Below are positions 49,819 to 58,957 of a stretch of 64,000 bases of DNA, one piece after another (the first letter of the stretch is position 1; each line of letters opens with the position of its first letter). The stretch is taken from positions 13,222-77,221 of the forward strand of contig CAYUXY010000003.1 in assembly GCA_964449245.1 (NCBI GenBank), given 5' to 3'. A program made the translations under genes and the position numbers. Under the pieces are notes generated by a model, which ran no database searches, was not told the DNA's origin, and saw only the letters and a list, made by a program, of their open reading frames with translations. Origin of the DNA: an uncultured Candidatus Saccharibacteria bacterium. GTDB lineage: Bacteria > Patescibacteriota > Minisyncoccia > UBA6257 > GWB1-50-10.

Positions 49819-51027
49819 TTAATTTTTGATTGATTCGATAAGAATTTCTAATCCTCTTTCTAAAATCTCTTGCGGAATCGTGAGTGGGGGCATTATTTGC
49901 ATATTTTCTTGACTGCCAACCACCACATTAAGTCCGGCATCAAAAGCCTTTAGTTGTGTAGTCTTACAAGTTTCGACATCTTTGAACCGCACGCCGATTT
50001 CCATACCCATACCATCAACAGAAATAATTTTATCACCGACAAGATTCGCGAGACGCTCTTGAATATACTTTCCTTTTTTCTCTGCCACTTCCCACATTTT
50101 ATCGCGCTTATGTATCTGAAGCGTCTTTAATGCGGCCGCACAGGCAATCGGCGTCCAGCCAAAGGTTGAAATTAACATAGCTTCGTCAAAGGCGGGTTCA
50201 AAAATATTTGATTTCCCCACTACCGTTCCTATTCCAGCCGTACCATTTGAAATTCCTTTCGCAAGACAAACCATATCTGGCACAATATTTTCGTGTTCAA
50301 TTCCAAAAAGCTTTCCGGTACGAGAAAAGCCCGTTCCTACCTCGTCTATAATAAGTAGCGTGCCATATTTTGCAGTAATCTCCCTTATCTTTGTAAGACT
50401 GCCGACATAGGCTACCAAAGTCGAACCCCAGCCGGTAATAATGCTCGGCTCTGTCACAACCGCAGCCACGTCTTCTTTGGAAATAATCTTTTCAAATTCA
50501 ATGAGAAACTTTCGAAAACCATCTTCACCAATATCCTTGTGCGGAAAATCAATAGGTATAATATCCGGAACTAACGGATTTAATTTACCGCGCGATGACG
50601 CCGGAGCTCCGAGCGCGAGCGAGGCAAATAATTGCCCGTGATAAAGGCCGTTAAAGCCGATTATCTTTTTGCGATTCGTGTATACGCGAGCAACTTTGAT
50701 TGCTACTTCTACAGATTCGGTACCGCCGGTTTCCTTAACACACGCGTCAAGCTCTTTTGGGAAAACGGCGGTTAATGCTGTTGCGTATTCTTCCTGAACA
50801 GGATCGGAACCCCAAAGAAGCCCCTGCGCGTTCTTTTTAGCCTGCGCAATAATCGCATCTCTTATTTCAGGATGATTCCAACCCAAATTGGTAACGTTCC
50901 ATCCGGAGCTAAAATCAATATATTCCTTGCCACTCCTATCCCAAATAAGCGAGCCCTCTGCCTTAGAAAGAGGAAAATATTCATATTTACCCTTGAAATT
51001 CCGATAAACAATTGAGTTCTCAATCAT
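49819..51027 (-). CDS. Class III aminotransferase
   Basis: YIDFSSG, GGTESVE, IDEVGTGFSRTG and AKG (PLP lysine). Confidence 0.92.
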   Translation of the reverse strand: MIENSIVYRNFKGKYEYFPLSKAEGSLIWDRSGKEYIDFSSGWNVTNLGWNHPEIRDAIIAQAKKNAQGLLWGSDPVQEEYATALTAVFPKELDACVKETGGTESVEVAIKVARVYTNRKKIIGFNGLYHGQLFASLALGAPASSRGKLNPLVPDIIPIDFPHKDIGEDGFRKFLIEFEKIISKEDVAAVVTEPSIITGWGSTLVAYVGSLTKIREITAKYGTLLIIDEVGTGFSRTGKLFGIEHENIVPDMVCLAKGISNGTAGIGTVVGKSNIFEPAFDEAMLISTFGWTPIACAAALKTLQIHKRDKMWEVAEKKGKYIQERLANLVGDKIISVDGMGMEIGVRFKDVETCKTTQLKAFDAGLNVVVGSQENMQIMPPLTIPQEILERGLEILIESIKN

Positions 51028-51061
51028 TTTAAAATTTTCGATTTGATTTTATATAAAAATA

Positions 51062-51787
51062 TTATTTTTTCGTAACCACGATTGTTTCCATCATTACATC
51101 CGTTGGACGAGTAAGCGCAAACAATACCACATCAGCAACATCTTCGACTTTCATCATCCACGGTTGATTATGAGCATCGGTATTGCCTGCAGTTTCAAAA
51201 ATATCACTATCAAATCCTCCCGGGTAAAAACCTGTCACTTTTACTTTTGTGTCTTTCAGTGCCGAGAGTAATGCATTAGTATACCCGCGCATAGCCCACT
51301 TACTCGCGCCATACGTTCTCCATAGACTGTTGTCCCCCGAAGGACTATCGCTCGTCCCAGAGGTCGAAATAACATTGAAAATATAACCGGCATTTTTATT
51401 TTTAAAATAAGGCAAAAATGCTTCTGTAAATTCAATATGACCAAGTGTGTTTGTTTCAATGGCTGTCTGACGTAGTTCAGGATGAGTTTGTTCAAGTTCC
51501 TCTTCCGTCCAAATACCTGCATTATTAATCAAAACATCAATAGTGTGGTCTTTTATAATTTTTGAAACCGTCATACGCACATCAGACGCATTTCTGATAT
51601 CACAACTGAATGTAAACGCATGGCTACCGATATCTTCAATAAGTTTTTTAGTTTCCGCGAGTTTAGTTTCGTCACGCGCAATAAGTACCAACGTTGCCCC
51701 CAGTTTGGCGGCTTTTTGCGCAATCATCTTGCCCAAACCATGGCTTGCTCCAGTAATAAGTATAGTTTTCCCGTTAAGTTCTTCCAT
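51062..51787 (-). CDS. Short-chain dehydrogenase/reductase
   Basis: TGASHGLG, NNAG and YGASK motifs. Confidence 0.92.
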   Translation of the reverse strand: MEELNGKTILITGASHGLGKMIAQKAAKLGATLVLIARDETKLAETKKLIEDIGSHAFTFSCDIRNASDVRMTVSKIIKDHTIDVLINNAGIWTEEELEQTHPELRQTAIETNTLGHIEFTEAFLPYFKNKNAGYIFNVISTSGTSDSPSGDNSLWRTYGASKWAMRGYTNALLSALKDTKVKVTGFYPGGFDSDIFETAGNTDAHNQPWMMKVEDVADVVLFALTRPTDVMMETIVVTKK

Positions 51788-51840
51788 AGCTTCAGTTTAA
51801 CCTAAATTTAACAGCAGTTCCAAATAAAGGAAGCTAACAA

Positions 51841-52929
51841 TCAAAAATCTTTATGTCCGAATTTTTTTAGCTCATCCTTCGCTTTCTTTATAAATTTGCC
51901 AAATTTGCGCTCTTTTTCTCTTCTCTCGAGGTCGTTCATTTCATAAAACTCCGCTTCTTTCTTCAAATTAATGTAATTTGAATATTTTCCCCTATCCAAT
52001 GTTCCGGATTTTAATGCCGAAAGCACTGCACACCCGGGTTCGTTCGTATGCGTACAGTCGGTAAACTTGCATCCATGAGATAAAGACGTTATTTCATCAA
52101 AAATATCATTTATACCGGCATCCGAATCTGTCATTCCCACTTCCCTCATTCCCGGATTATCTACAACGATTCCCCCGTTTTCCAAAAAATATATTTCCCT
52201 GTTTGTTGTGGCATGTTTCCCCCTGCCCGTGCCAAATCCTATATCTTCTGTTTTTATCACATTTTCTCCAAGTAATTTATTGATTAAAGAAGATTTTCCA
52301 ACGCCGGACGAACCTAAGAAACAATAAGTTTTCCCGCTTAAAATATATTTCCTAATCTCATCTAACCCGTCATCCGTTACTATACTCGTTAAGATAATGT
52401 CCGTATCATTAAATCTATTTTTCAGCTCATTCAATTTCAATTTTAGTTCTTCTTTGCTTATTAAATCTAATTTGTTAATTATAATAGCGGATTTTACGCC
52501 ACCGTCCTCGGCTATCGAAAGATATCTTTCAATACGATTCAAGTTATAATCTCTGCCAATAGATTCCACAATGAACGCGACGTCTATGTTTGTAGCTATA
52601 ATTTGAGATCCGGTTTTATTGTTATATTTCCTTTTTATTATCGTCTTTCTGGGCAATACGGATTCAATTACGGCATGGCCTGCTTCAAGCTCGGTAATTG
52701 CCACCCAGTCTCCAACTGCCGGATAGTCCTCTCTTGATGATGCATCAAACATCCGCTTTCCGGTTATTTTAGCGAAATATTCGCCGTTTGAATTTTTAAT
52801 CTTATAAGACCCCCTGTGCTCCACCACAACACGCGCAACAGAAAACTTATCTAACCCTAATTTATTACGGTTAGATTCAAAAAAATCATCATATCCCAAA
52901 TCTTCGTTTTTCATTTTGTTATTTAACAA
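51841..52929 (-). CDS. rsgA: Small ribosomal subunit biogenesis GTPase RsgA
   Basis: PAVGDWV, NKLD, GSSGVGKSS, GKHATT, DNPG and CKFTDCTHTNEPGC motifs. Confidence 0.95.
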   Translation of the reverse strand: MLNNKMKNEDLGYDDFFESNRNKLGLDKFSVARVVVEHRGSYKIKNSNGEYFAKITGKRMFDASSREDYPAVGDWVAITELEAGHAVIESVLPRKTIIKRKYNNKTGSQIIATNIDVAFIVESIGRDYNLNRIERYLSIAEDGGVKSAIIINKLDLISKEELKLKLNELKNRFNDTDIILTSIVTDDGLDEIRKYILSGKTYCFLGSSGVGKSSLINKLLGENVIKTEDIGFGTGRGKHATTNREIYFLENGGIVVDNPGMREVGMTDSDAGINDIFDEITSLSHGCKFTDCTHTNEPGCAVLSALKSGTLDRGKYSNYINLKKEAEFYEMNDLERREKERKFGKFIKKAKDELKKFGHKDF

Positions 52930-52986
52930 TACAAAATAAGCATATCACAAGCGATTTACAAAGCCTCGCCCAATAAATCGGAATGA

Positions 52987-53511
52987 CTATATTTCTATAT
53001 CCTCCAAATCAAACGCGTGAAGAGGGCTCCCTGCGATAATAGCCTGCGCTTCTTCATATCCAATACTATAATCAAAATCCCATCGTGGAGGAAGAGCAAA
53101 GACATACATATTATTGCGTGCCAATTCGCTCGCTGGTATTGGCGCCGCCGATACGGAAAAATCTTCTGTAAGATACGCGTTCCATTGTGGAATGGTAAAT
53201 ATTAATACGGGCAAATCTTCGTATGGCGCCGTTACTGTCCAGTTTGGATTCCTTATAATGATTTCCGACCCAGTTGGCGCAACCCCATTTGTGAGCGAAT
53301 TTCCTTTCCATGCGTCTTTGATAATTGAATACCCTTCCCAATCATCAGGCAAAGAAAATGTGAACCCATAATCAGTATTATTGTATATAACCGACACATC
53401 GTTCGGATTGTTTATGACCAATTCATTATCAATACGAGCGGAATAGACATAATACAGCCCTACACCGAGAGCGACGATAATTACTACCGCAATTAATGTT
53501 TTTTTGTTCAT
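52987..53511 (-). CDS. Membrane-anchored hypothetical protein
   Basis: MNKKTLI TM helix and YNNTDYGFTFSLPDDW motif. Confidence 0.7.
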   Translation of the reverse strand: MNKKTLIAVVIIVALGVGLYYVYSARIDNELVINNPNDVSVIYNNTDYGFTFSLPDDWEGYSIIKDAWKGNSLTNGVAPTGSEIIIRNPNWTVTAPYEDLPVLIFTIPQWNAYLTEDFSVSAAPIPASELARNNMYVFALPPRWDFDYSIGYEEAQAIIAGSPLHAFDLEDIEI

Positions 53512-53590
53512 ATCTATAAGCCGTCTAAATGCTTGAAATATTTCAGGGGGGGCTGGCTCAAATTCTGAAATGCTCATTTTACATCTGAAA

Positions 53591-54484
53591 TTATCCGCGA
53601 TCTTGGCAATTGTCTCGCTTACTCTCGTCCCATGCCCTTAATAAAACCCGATGATCTTTCGCAATCTGGTCACATAATTGACTAAATTTATTATTATAAG
53701 ATGAAGCAAAAACCATTTTGTTGCAAAGCTCGACCATAAGTTGACCAATAATATATAAAAATTGCGTTATCCAAAATTTTTCGGTTTTTGTATAACCGGC
53801 CGTTTGGTTAGTAAATCCAATGTGAGTGTAGTCAGAATATATTCGATAATATTTGTTATAAAAATTCTCCGCACCATCCTTTTCCCACCACCGAAAAGTC
53901 TCTACGGAAAGCTCCTCAAAATATTTTTGCTGAAAAATAAAATCAAACTTAGGAAAATCAAAACCGATGTCTTTAATACAGCGTTTAGAGAATAGGATTA
54001 TATCTGATGGAAATAATATATTTTGATCGGTCAATATAGAACCGAGAATGTTAAGAAATCTATCGTATTCTTTTTTTATATCCTTAGATTGCGGAGTAAT
54101 AAATCTATAATAATCGCTATGGCGCAATAAATATTTACCAGTGAATATACCTATTTTTGTTCTTTCGTCCTGATTCAAAAAATAAAGGAATTCTCCATAT
54201 ATTTCCATAAGGATGCGACATAATGGCAAGAAGAAATGGAAATCAGTTTCTTTTTCCGTTTCCAATTTACAAAACAAAAACTCATATTGATCCCAAAAGT
54301 TTTTTATATATAAATATTCGGCCTCTCGCTGAATAGATTCTTTTTGTTCTGCAAGAGGAATGTTCCGTATGTCTGGCTTGATCTTTGTGGGAAATTCATC
54401 AATCTGTTCCTGAGCTATCTTTAACGCAATTTTTATTGCTGTCATATAATTATTATCGTTCATGCATTTATACATCAACTTCAA
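53591..54484 (-). CDS. Hypothetical helical protein (DUF5677/HEPN-like pattern)
   Basis: RILME and YRIYSDYTH resemble the RxxxE...YxxxSxxxH pattern; AT-rich. Confidence 0.5.
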   Translation of the reverse strand: MKLMYKCMNDNNYMTAIKIALKIAQEQIDEFPTKIKPDIRNIPLAEQKESIQREAEYLYIKNFWDQYEFLFCKLETEKETDFHFFLPLCRILMEIYGEFLYFLNQDERTKIGIFTGKYLLRHSDYYRFITPQSKDIKKEYDRFLNILGSILTDQNILFPSDIILFSKRCIKDIGFDFPKFDFIFQQKYFEELSVETFRWWEKDGAENFYNKYYRIYSDYTHIGFTNQTAGYTKTEKFWITQFLYIIGQLMVELCNKMVFASSYNNKFSQLCDQIAKDHRVLLRAWDESKRDNCQDRG

Positions 54485-54553
54485 TAAGTAAACGCGACGT
54501 TCTTGTTTTTATACTCAATAAATTTTCTTTCCTTTTGTGTGGATAACCGTGCT

Positions 54554-54582
54554 TTGCTTTTCGGTTTTTGTTCGGTTATATT
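54554..54582 (+). promoter_or_regulatory. Promoter of the LexA-MTase fusion with an operator-like direct repeat
   Basis: TTGCTT-17-TATATT; the spacer is TTCGG-N6-TTCGG (TTTC-N7-GTTC). Confidence 0.55.
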
Positions 54583-54615
54583 GGAATTGTAGCACAAATA
54601 GACCTTAAAAACGCC

Positions 54616-56193
54616 ATGCCGAACCTCACAAAAAAGCAAAAGCAAGTCCTTGATCTAATAGACACCTACCTTGATGAAAATGGGATATCTCCAACTATTG
54701 AAGAACTACGAAAAAAACTAAACTTAAAAGCGGTTTCTACTGTTCACGAACATATCGATTCCTTAAAAAGGAAAGGTTACCTCGCTAAAACTGAGAATTC
54801 TATTAGAAGTTTGACGCCAAAAAATAAAATGCGGTCAGTAATTGAGATCCCAATACTTGGGAGTATTAAGGCTGGATATCCTCTACCGGCAATAGAAGAG
54901 AGAGACGGCTCTGTTTCTGTAATAAATCCGCAAATCAGATCATCGGAAGGTTATTACGCACTTCGTGTTGTAGGCGATTCAATGATAGATGATGGTATTT
55001 TTGATGGCGACATCGTTGTTATTAAACATCAGACTGTCGCGGAAAATGGACAAACTGTCGTAGCAATAATTGACGATAACGAAGCAACACTGAAAAGACT
55101 TTATAGAAAAGGGAAAGGGTTTAATCTCGAACCAAGGAATCCTAACATGCAAACTTTATTTAGAACCGACGTTGAGGTGCGAGGTGTCGTCGTTCAAATC
55201 ATAAGCAATATAACCAACCGCCCGGAAAAAAACGTTTTAAAAAAAGCAAAACACGAGCTCAGGACGATTGATCTTTTTGCTGGAGTTGGTGGAATACGCT
55301 TAGGATTTGAAAACGCTGGATTTAAGACAGTCTTCGCAAATGATTTTGAGCCTCAATGCAAAAATACATACGACATAAACTTCAGAGATTCTAAATTGGT
55401 TGTCGAAGATATTAGAAAAATTGGCATTGATGATTTACCCAAATTTGACTTTCTTTTGGGTGGCTTCCCCTGTCAGGCTTTTTCTATTGCAGGATATAGA
55501 CAAGGATTTGATGATAAAAAAGGCAGAGGAAATTTATTTTTTGATATTACTCGAATTTTAGAAGCCAGAAAGCCGGAGGGTTTCCTTTTGGAAAATGTTA
55601 AAAATTTAAAAAGCCACGATGGTGGCAAAACTTTCAAAATTATTGAAGAGGCATTAAAAGACCTTGGCTACCATGTAAAAATTAAAGTCTTAAATACCAT
55701 GGAATACGGGAATATTCCCCAAAACCGAGAAAGGATATATATTGTGGGTTTTAAAAACAAATTATATTCAGATAGATTTGAATTTCCTAGTCCAGTCAAA
55801 TTAACTACAAAAATTACTGATTTGATAGAAACAGATGTTCCGGAGAAATACTACTACAATAGCAAGCCTTTGTTTGAAAAATTAAAAAATTCGATAAAAG
55901 AAGAGGGAAAAATTTATCAATGGCGTAGGCAATATGTCAGAGAAAATAAAAGTGGAGTGTGCCCAACCTTAACTGCAAATATGGGAACTGGAGGACACAA
56001 TGTACCAATCATTAAGGACAAAAAAGGTATAAGAAAACTAACTCCTTTAGAATGTTTCCGAATTCAAGGGTTTCCAAAGAACTATAATTTGCCAAAAATT
56101 TCTGACTCAGCTTTATATAAACAAGCTGGTAATTCTGTTAGTGTTCCGGTTGTTGAGTCCGTGGCAAGACAAATGATGAAAGCGATGGAGTAA
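54616..56193 (+). CDS. LexA repressor fused to a C5 DNA-cytosine methyltransferase
   Basis: LTKKQ..PTIEEL wHTH, GSIKAG, GDSM, TLKR; then DLFAGVGG, GFPCQ, ENV, QNRER, RKLTP.EC and QAGNSV in a single frame. Confidence 0.93.
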   Translation: MPNLTKKQKQVLDLIDTYLDENGISPTIEELRKKLNLKAVSTVHEHIDSLKRKGYLAKTENSIRSLTPKNKMRSVIEIPILGSIKAGYPLPAIEERDGSVSVINPQIRSSEGYYALRVVGDSMIDDGIFDGDIVVIKHQTVAENGQTVVAIIDDNEATLKRLYRKGKGFNLEPRNPNMQTLFRTDVEVRGVVVQIISNITNRPEKNVLKKAKHELRTIDLFAGVGGIRLGFENAGFKTVFANDFEPQCKNTYDINFRDSKLVVEDIRKIGIDDLPKFDFLLGGFPCQAFSIAGYRQGFDDKKGRGNLFFDITRILEARKPEGFLLENVKNLKSHDGGKTFKIIEEALKDLGYHVKIKVLNTMEYGNIPQNRERIYIVGFKNKLYSDRFEFPSPVKLTTKITDLIETDVPEKYYYNSKPLFEKLKNSIKEEGKIYQWRRQYVRENKSGVCPTLTANMGTGGHNVPIIKDKKGIRKLTPLECFRIQGFPKNYNLPKISDSALYKQAGNSVSVPVVESVARQMMKAME

Positions 56194-56757
56194 TTACCAA
56201 ACTTTTACTTTTGTTGCGATTGGTTTTATTTTATTCTTTGCAAGAACATCTTTTTTGATACAAAAGCGAGGCCTGCGTTTTTCTTCTTGTTGATCTTTTA
56301 ATGTCTGATTTTTATTTACCTTGTTTTCATAAATTAACTTGCTTGATATCTGATAAATATCAAACTTTCCATCAACTTTTCCTTCGCTATAAAAATCAAG
56401 AAAATACAAATCGTCCCATCTTGATCTTGGCCCAAAAGAAGTCAAATCATTTTCTACACTACAAGCTTTAATTTGTTCTGCCCTCCCTGTTTTTGTGTTG
56501 AAAGTATCAAATGAAGTATTTGATAATCCATATGCCGATATAAAACGAGATGAGCCAGACCAAAGACAGAATGCGACTTCAGAAAGTCCTTCAGGGAAAT
56601 TTGGTTCACGTGATTTATACTCTCGCATACCCATTTTCAAGCCTCTCCATAAATCAAAAGTGGACTTCCATTTCTTTCCGTCTGATTTTGTGAAATCCAT
56701 TATTTCTAACAAACATTCTTCACCAAAGACTTTAGTTTTGATTTTCCGAATGTGCAT
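56194..56757 (-). CDS. Type II restriction endonuclease, Bsp6I-like
   Basis: NFPEGLSE, SFD, QIKACS..DLTSFGP and DQQ..RRPRF resemble the Bsp6I family; convergent with the MTase. Confidence 0.75.
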   Translation of the reverse strand: MHIRKIKTKVFGEECLLEIMDFTKSDGKKWKSTFDLWRGLKMGMREYKSREPNFPEGLSEVAFCLWSGSSRFISAYGLSNTSFDTFNTKTGRAEQIKACSVENDLTSFGPRSRWDDLYFLDFYSEGKVDGKFDIYQISSKLIYENKVNKNQTLKDQQEEKRRPRFCIKKDVLAKNKIKPIATKVKVW

Positions 56758-56761
56758 ATAA

Positions 56762-56983
56762 TTACTTAACAAAAAAATCCAGCGATTTCTTGTATATTTT
56801 TGCGAACTCTTTCAACTGCAAAACATCAAATCGTCTTTGGCCAGATTCTATTTTTGAAAGATAAGACTGAGTTTTGCCAAGTTTGTTTGCAACTTCTGTC
56901 TGACCAAGCCCAGACTCAATACGCGCCACCTTCAGGCGTTCAACAATTTTTTTATGGTCATCTTGATAAATCGCTCTCGGCAT
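56762..56983 (-). CDS. XRE-family HTH, probable R-M controller protein
   Basis: ARIESGLGQTEVANKLGKTQSYLSKIESG; directly upstream of the endonuclease; leaderless. Confidence 0.8.
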   Translation of the reverse strand: MPRAIYQDDHKKIVERLKVARIESGLGQTEVANKLGKTQSYLSKIESGQRRFDVLQLKEFAKIYKKSLDFFVK

Positions 56984-57001
56984 ACATTTATATGATAGTA
57001 T

Positions 57002-57027
57002 TCCATTGTGGATTATTCCAAATTGCC
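57002..57027. promoter_or_regulatory. Candidate C-box operators
   Basis: TCCA-ttg-TGGA palindrome plus a degenerate TCCA-aat-TGCC copy 15 bp away, over the controller promoter. Confidence 0.4.
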
Positions 57028-57097
57028 ATATCTTGCTACTCCAACAAAAAAACTCCTATAAATAGGCCTTTTTCAATAACTTTTTAGATGTTATTTA

Positions 57098-57559
57098 TTA
57101 TCTTTGCAGTCCAGCAATTCCAATAAATATCTGATATGACCCGAGTAAAACGGCAATCATTATAGACAATATAGCGATCCACATAGCTCTACGAGACGAT
57201 TTCATAGCCTCTTTGATTTCTAAGTATTGCATAAGGCGAAATTTATCCTTAAATGTCATCAACAATTTTTCTTTCAAAACATCCTTACCATTTTCTGTTT
57301 TTGTATATTCTACACTTTTAAATACTTCGCCAATTTTTATTAAACCTCGCAAATATTCTGCTTGATTATCATCTAGCCACAAACATTGCTTCATTTCATT
57401 AAAAGTAAAACCTTCTCGATGATCATCGCCGTATTTTAACACTCTAATACAAAGATCTTTGTCTAATCTGTAAATCCTATTATAATCTAATATCCTGCCT
57501 TTAATATCCTTTTTTATTCCTGCAAAAATCATTTTTGCAATAAACCAAGTTTTTTTCAT
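57098..57559 (-). CDS. Hypothetical protein with C-terminal TM helix
   Basis: 153-aa ORF ending SSRRAMWIAILSIMIAVLL. Confidence 0.65.
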   Translation of the reverse strand: MKKTWFIAKMIFAGIKKDIKGRILDYNRIYRLDKDLCIRVLKYGDDHREGFTFNEMKQCLWLDDNQAEYLRGLIKIGEVFKSVEYTKTENGKDVLKEKLLMTFKDKFRLMQYLEIKEAMKSSRRAMWIAILSIMIAVLLGSYQIFIGIAGLQR

Positions 57560-57681
57560 AAATACTTTTTATTTTTCTGCTTTAAAAACACAATTTTATC
57601 ATTTTTGCCTCGATGCTTGCAATCGGAGAACTTAAAAACCTAAGCTTTAAAATCTCGGTTTTCGGTGGTTTTGCTACTAAA

Positions 57682-57932
57682 TCCGGACAAAGGTCTACCT
57701 GCGGTAGACAGGATTCGCCTACAAATCTCTCCTCGTCGTCACTCGTCGAGTTCGCAGGCCGCCCCTCGCGATTCCGCCTACTGGCGAAATATCGCTGCGG
57801 TCTTCGAATCCCTGTCGCACGCAAAGCAGTTTGCGTGCTTCCGGCACAATTTGTCCCTCGATGTTGCTCGGGACACTTCACCTCGCTTGATAATGTGCTG
57901 AAAGCACTGAGCGAGCGAAGCGAGTCGAAGTG
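57682..57932. repeat. GC-rich tRNA-3'-end-like inverted-repeat element with nested palindromes and REP-like hairpins
   Basis: gacaggattcg...cgaatccctgtc; inserts gtctacc-tgc-ggtagac and gcacgcaaa-gcag-tttgcgtgc; cactgagcgagcgaagcgagtcgaagtg. Confidence 0.6.
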
Positions 57933-58064
57933 CTGTGTTGTGTGGTCTAGTAACCGCACCTTTCAATCAGTATAAGGCTTTTTTGTGTTCCTGTTTAGGA
58001 TTTTACTGACGCCTCTAGGTCTATCTAAGTTTTCTTACTTTACATGCCACTTCACTACCCTGGA

Positions 58065-58099
58065 AACTACAACGCCCCTTATTAAGGGACGTTGTAGTT
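58065..58099 (-). terminator. Hairpin terminator
   Basis: aactacaacgcccct-atta-agggacgttgtagtt. Confidence 0.7.
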
Positions 58100-58116
58100 G
58101 TCTAGAGAAGAAGCAT

Positions 58117-58638
58117 CTAATCCTCTTCGGCTTCTGACGCACAGGATATCCTTCCACCCTTGACCTGATCACGGAGTTCTCGAAGATCCAAAATCAGCGT
58201 ATCTGGGATGTCTCCTTCCATGTTGTGAGCTTCGATATAGGCGGCAGAACACACCTTATCTTCGAACGTGGGAAGGCGTTGTTCTTCTACTTGCTTCATG
58301 GATGATCGCTCCGCCTCTTCACGTATCAGAATTGGTAGGATGCGTGGATCATTCCATCGTCTCCCGCCATGATGCGTGAGATAGAATTTGATTGCATTGA
58401 AGTCTTTTTCACCAATCAAGCTATGAAGCATATCTTCCGCGAACGGTCTTCGAATGCGGTCTTTGATTATCTCAAGTTTGTCTGCAAACTTTGGATCTCG
58501 CGCACACTGGTTATAGACCGAATGTGGTGTGATATCGAGAATGCGACACGCGCCGGCGATCGAAGATGCTTGTTCGCTGAACACTTGGAGAAACCTCCTC
58601 CAAAAGTTAGGTGGAAGTTTTCTACCTTGAATAGCCAT
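58117..58638 (-). CDS. Terminase small subunit-like HTH protein
   Basis: FL......SIAGAC..LDI...SVY....DPKFA...AE..L...I...DFNAIKFYL...G pattern typical of phage TerS-like proteins. Confidence 0.6.
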   Translation of the reverse strand: MAIQGRKLPPNFWRRFLQVFSEQASSIAGACRILDITPHSVYNQCARDPKFADKLEIIKDRIRRPFAEDMLHSLIGEKDFNAIKFYLTHHGGRRWNDPRILPILIREEAERSSMKQVEEQRLPTFEDKVCSAAYIEAHNMEGDIPDTLILDLRELRDQVKGGRISCASEAEED

Positions 58639-58957
58639 ATTCAGTTATTGGAGTTGCCGTAGAGCTTAGCTATCGGCGTACGACTATGGACTCGTAGCTA
58701 AACCCATAGGGCTCTCGTGGCTCGTTGAGCGAGATGAGAGTTCTCCTATATTCTCTCTTTTCGCCTGAAGAATTCATTTAAGGAATTCCCGGGTCCGGGC
58801 TGCAGGATTATCCTTTTGGCTATCCTGGAACGATGTGCGGTCTCCGAAGAGATTATCGCCTCACGCCGGGGCCTCGATAGTTCTAGGTTCTCCCTTGTGT
58901 TTGTATTATATGAAATTCAAAACCCAAAGTTTATGGATGCCTGTGGACAAATTTTTA

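Noticed and set aside
304-53995. Numerous antisense ORFs overlapping recognised genes
   Set aside because: They are shadow frames of well-supported opposite-strand genes, with no motifs or expression signals
57582-57975. Overlapping ORFs of 62-125 aa in the track, or a complete tRNA
   Set aside because: The ORFs are translations of palindromic GC-rich DNA; no D-arm or anticodon arm can be built
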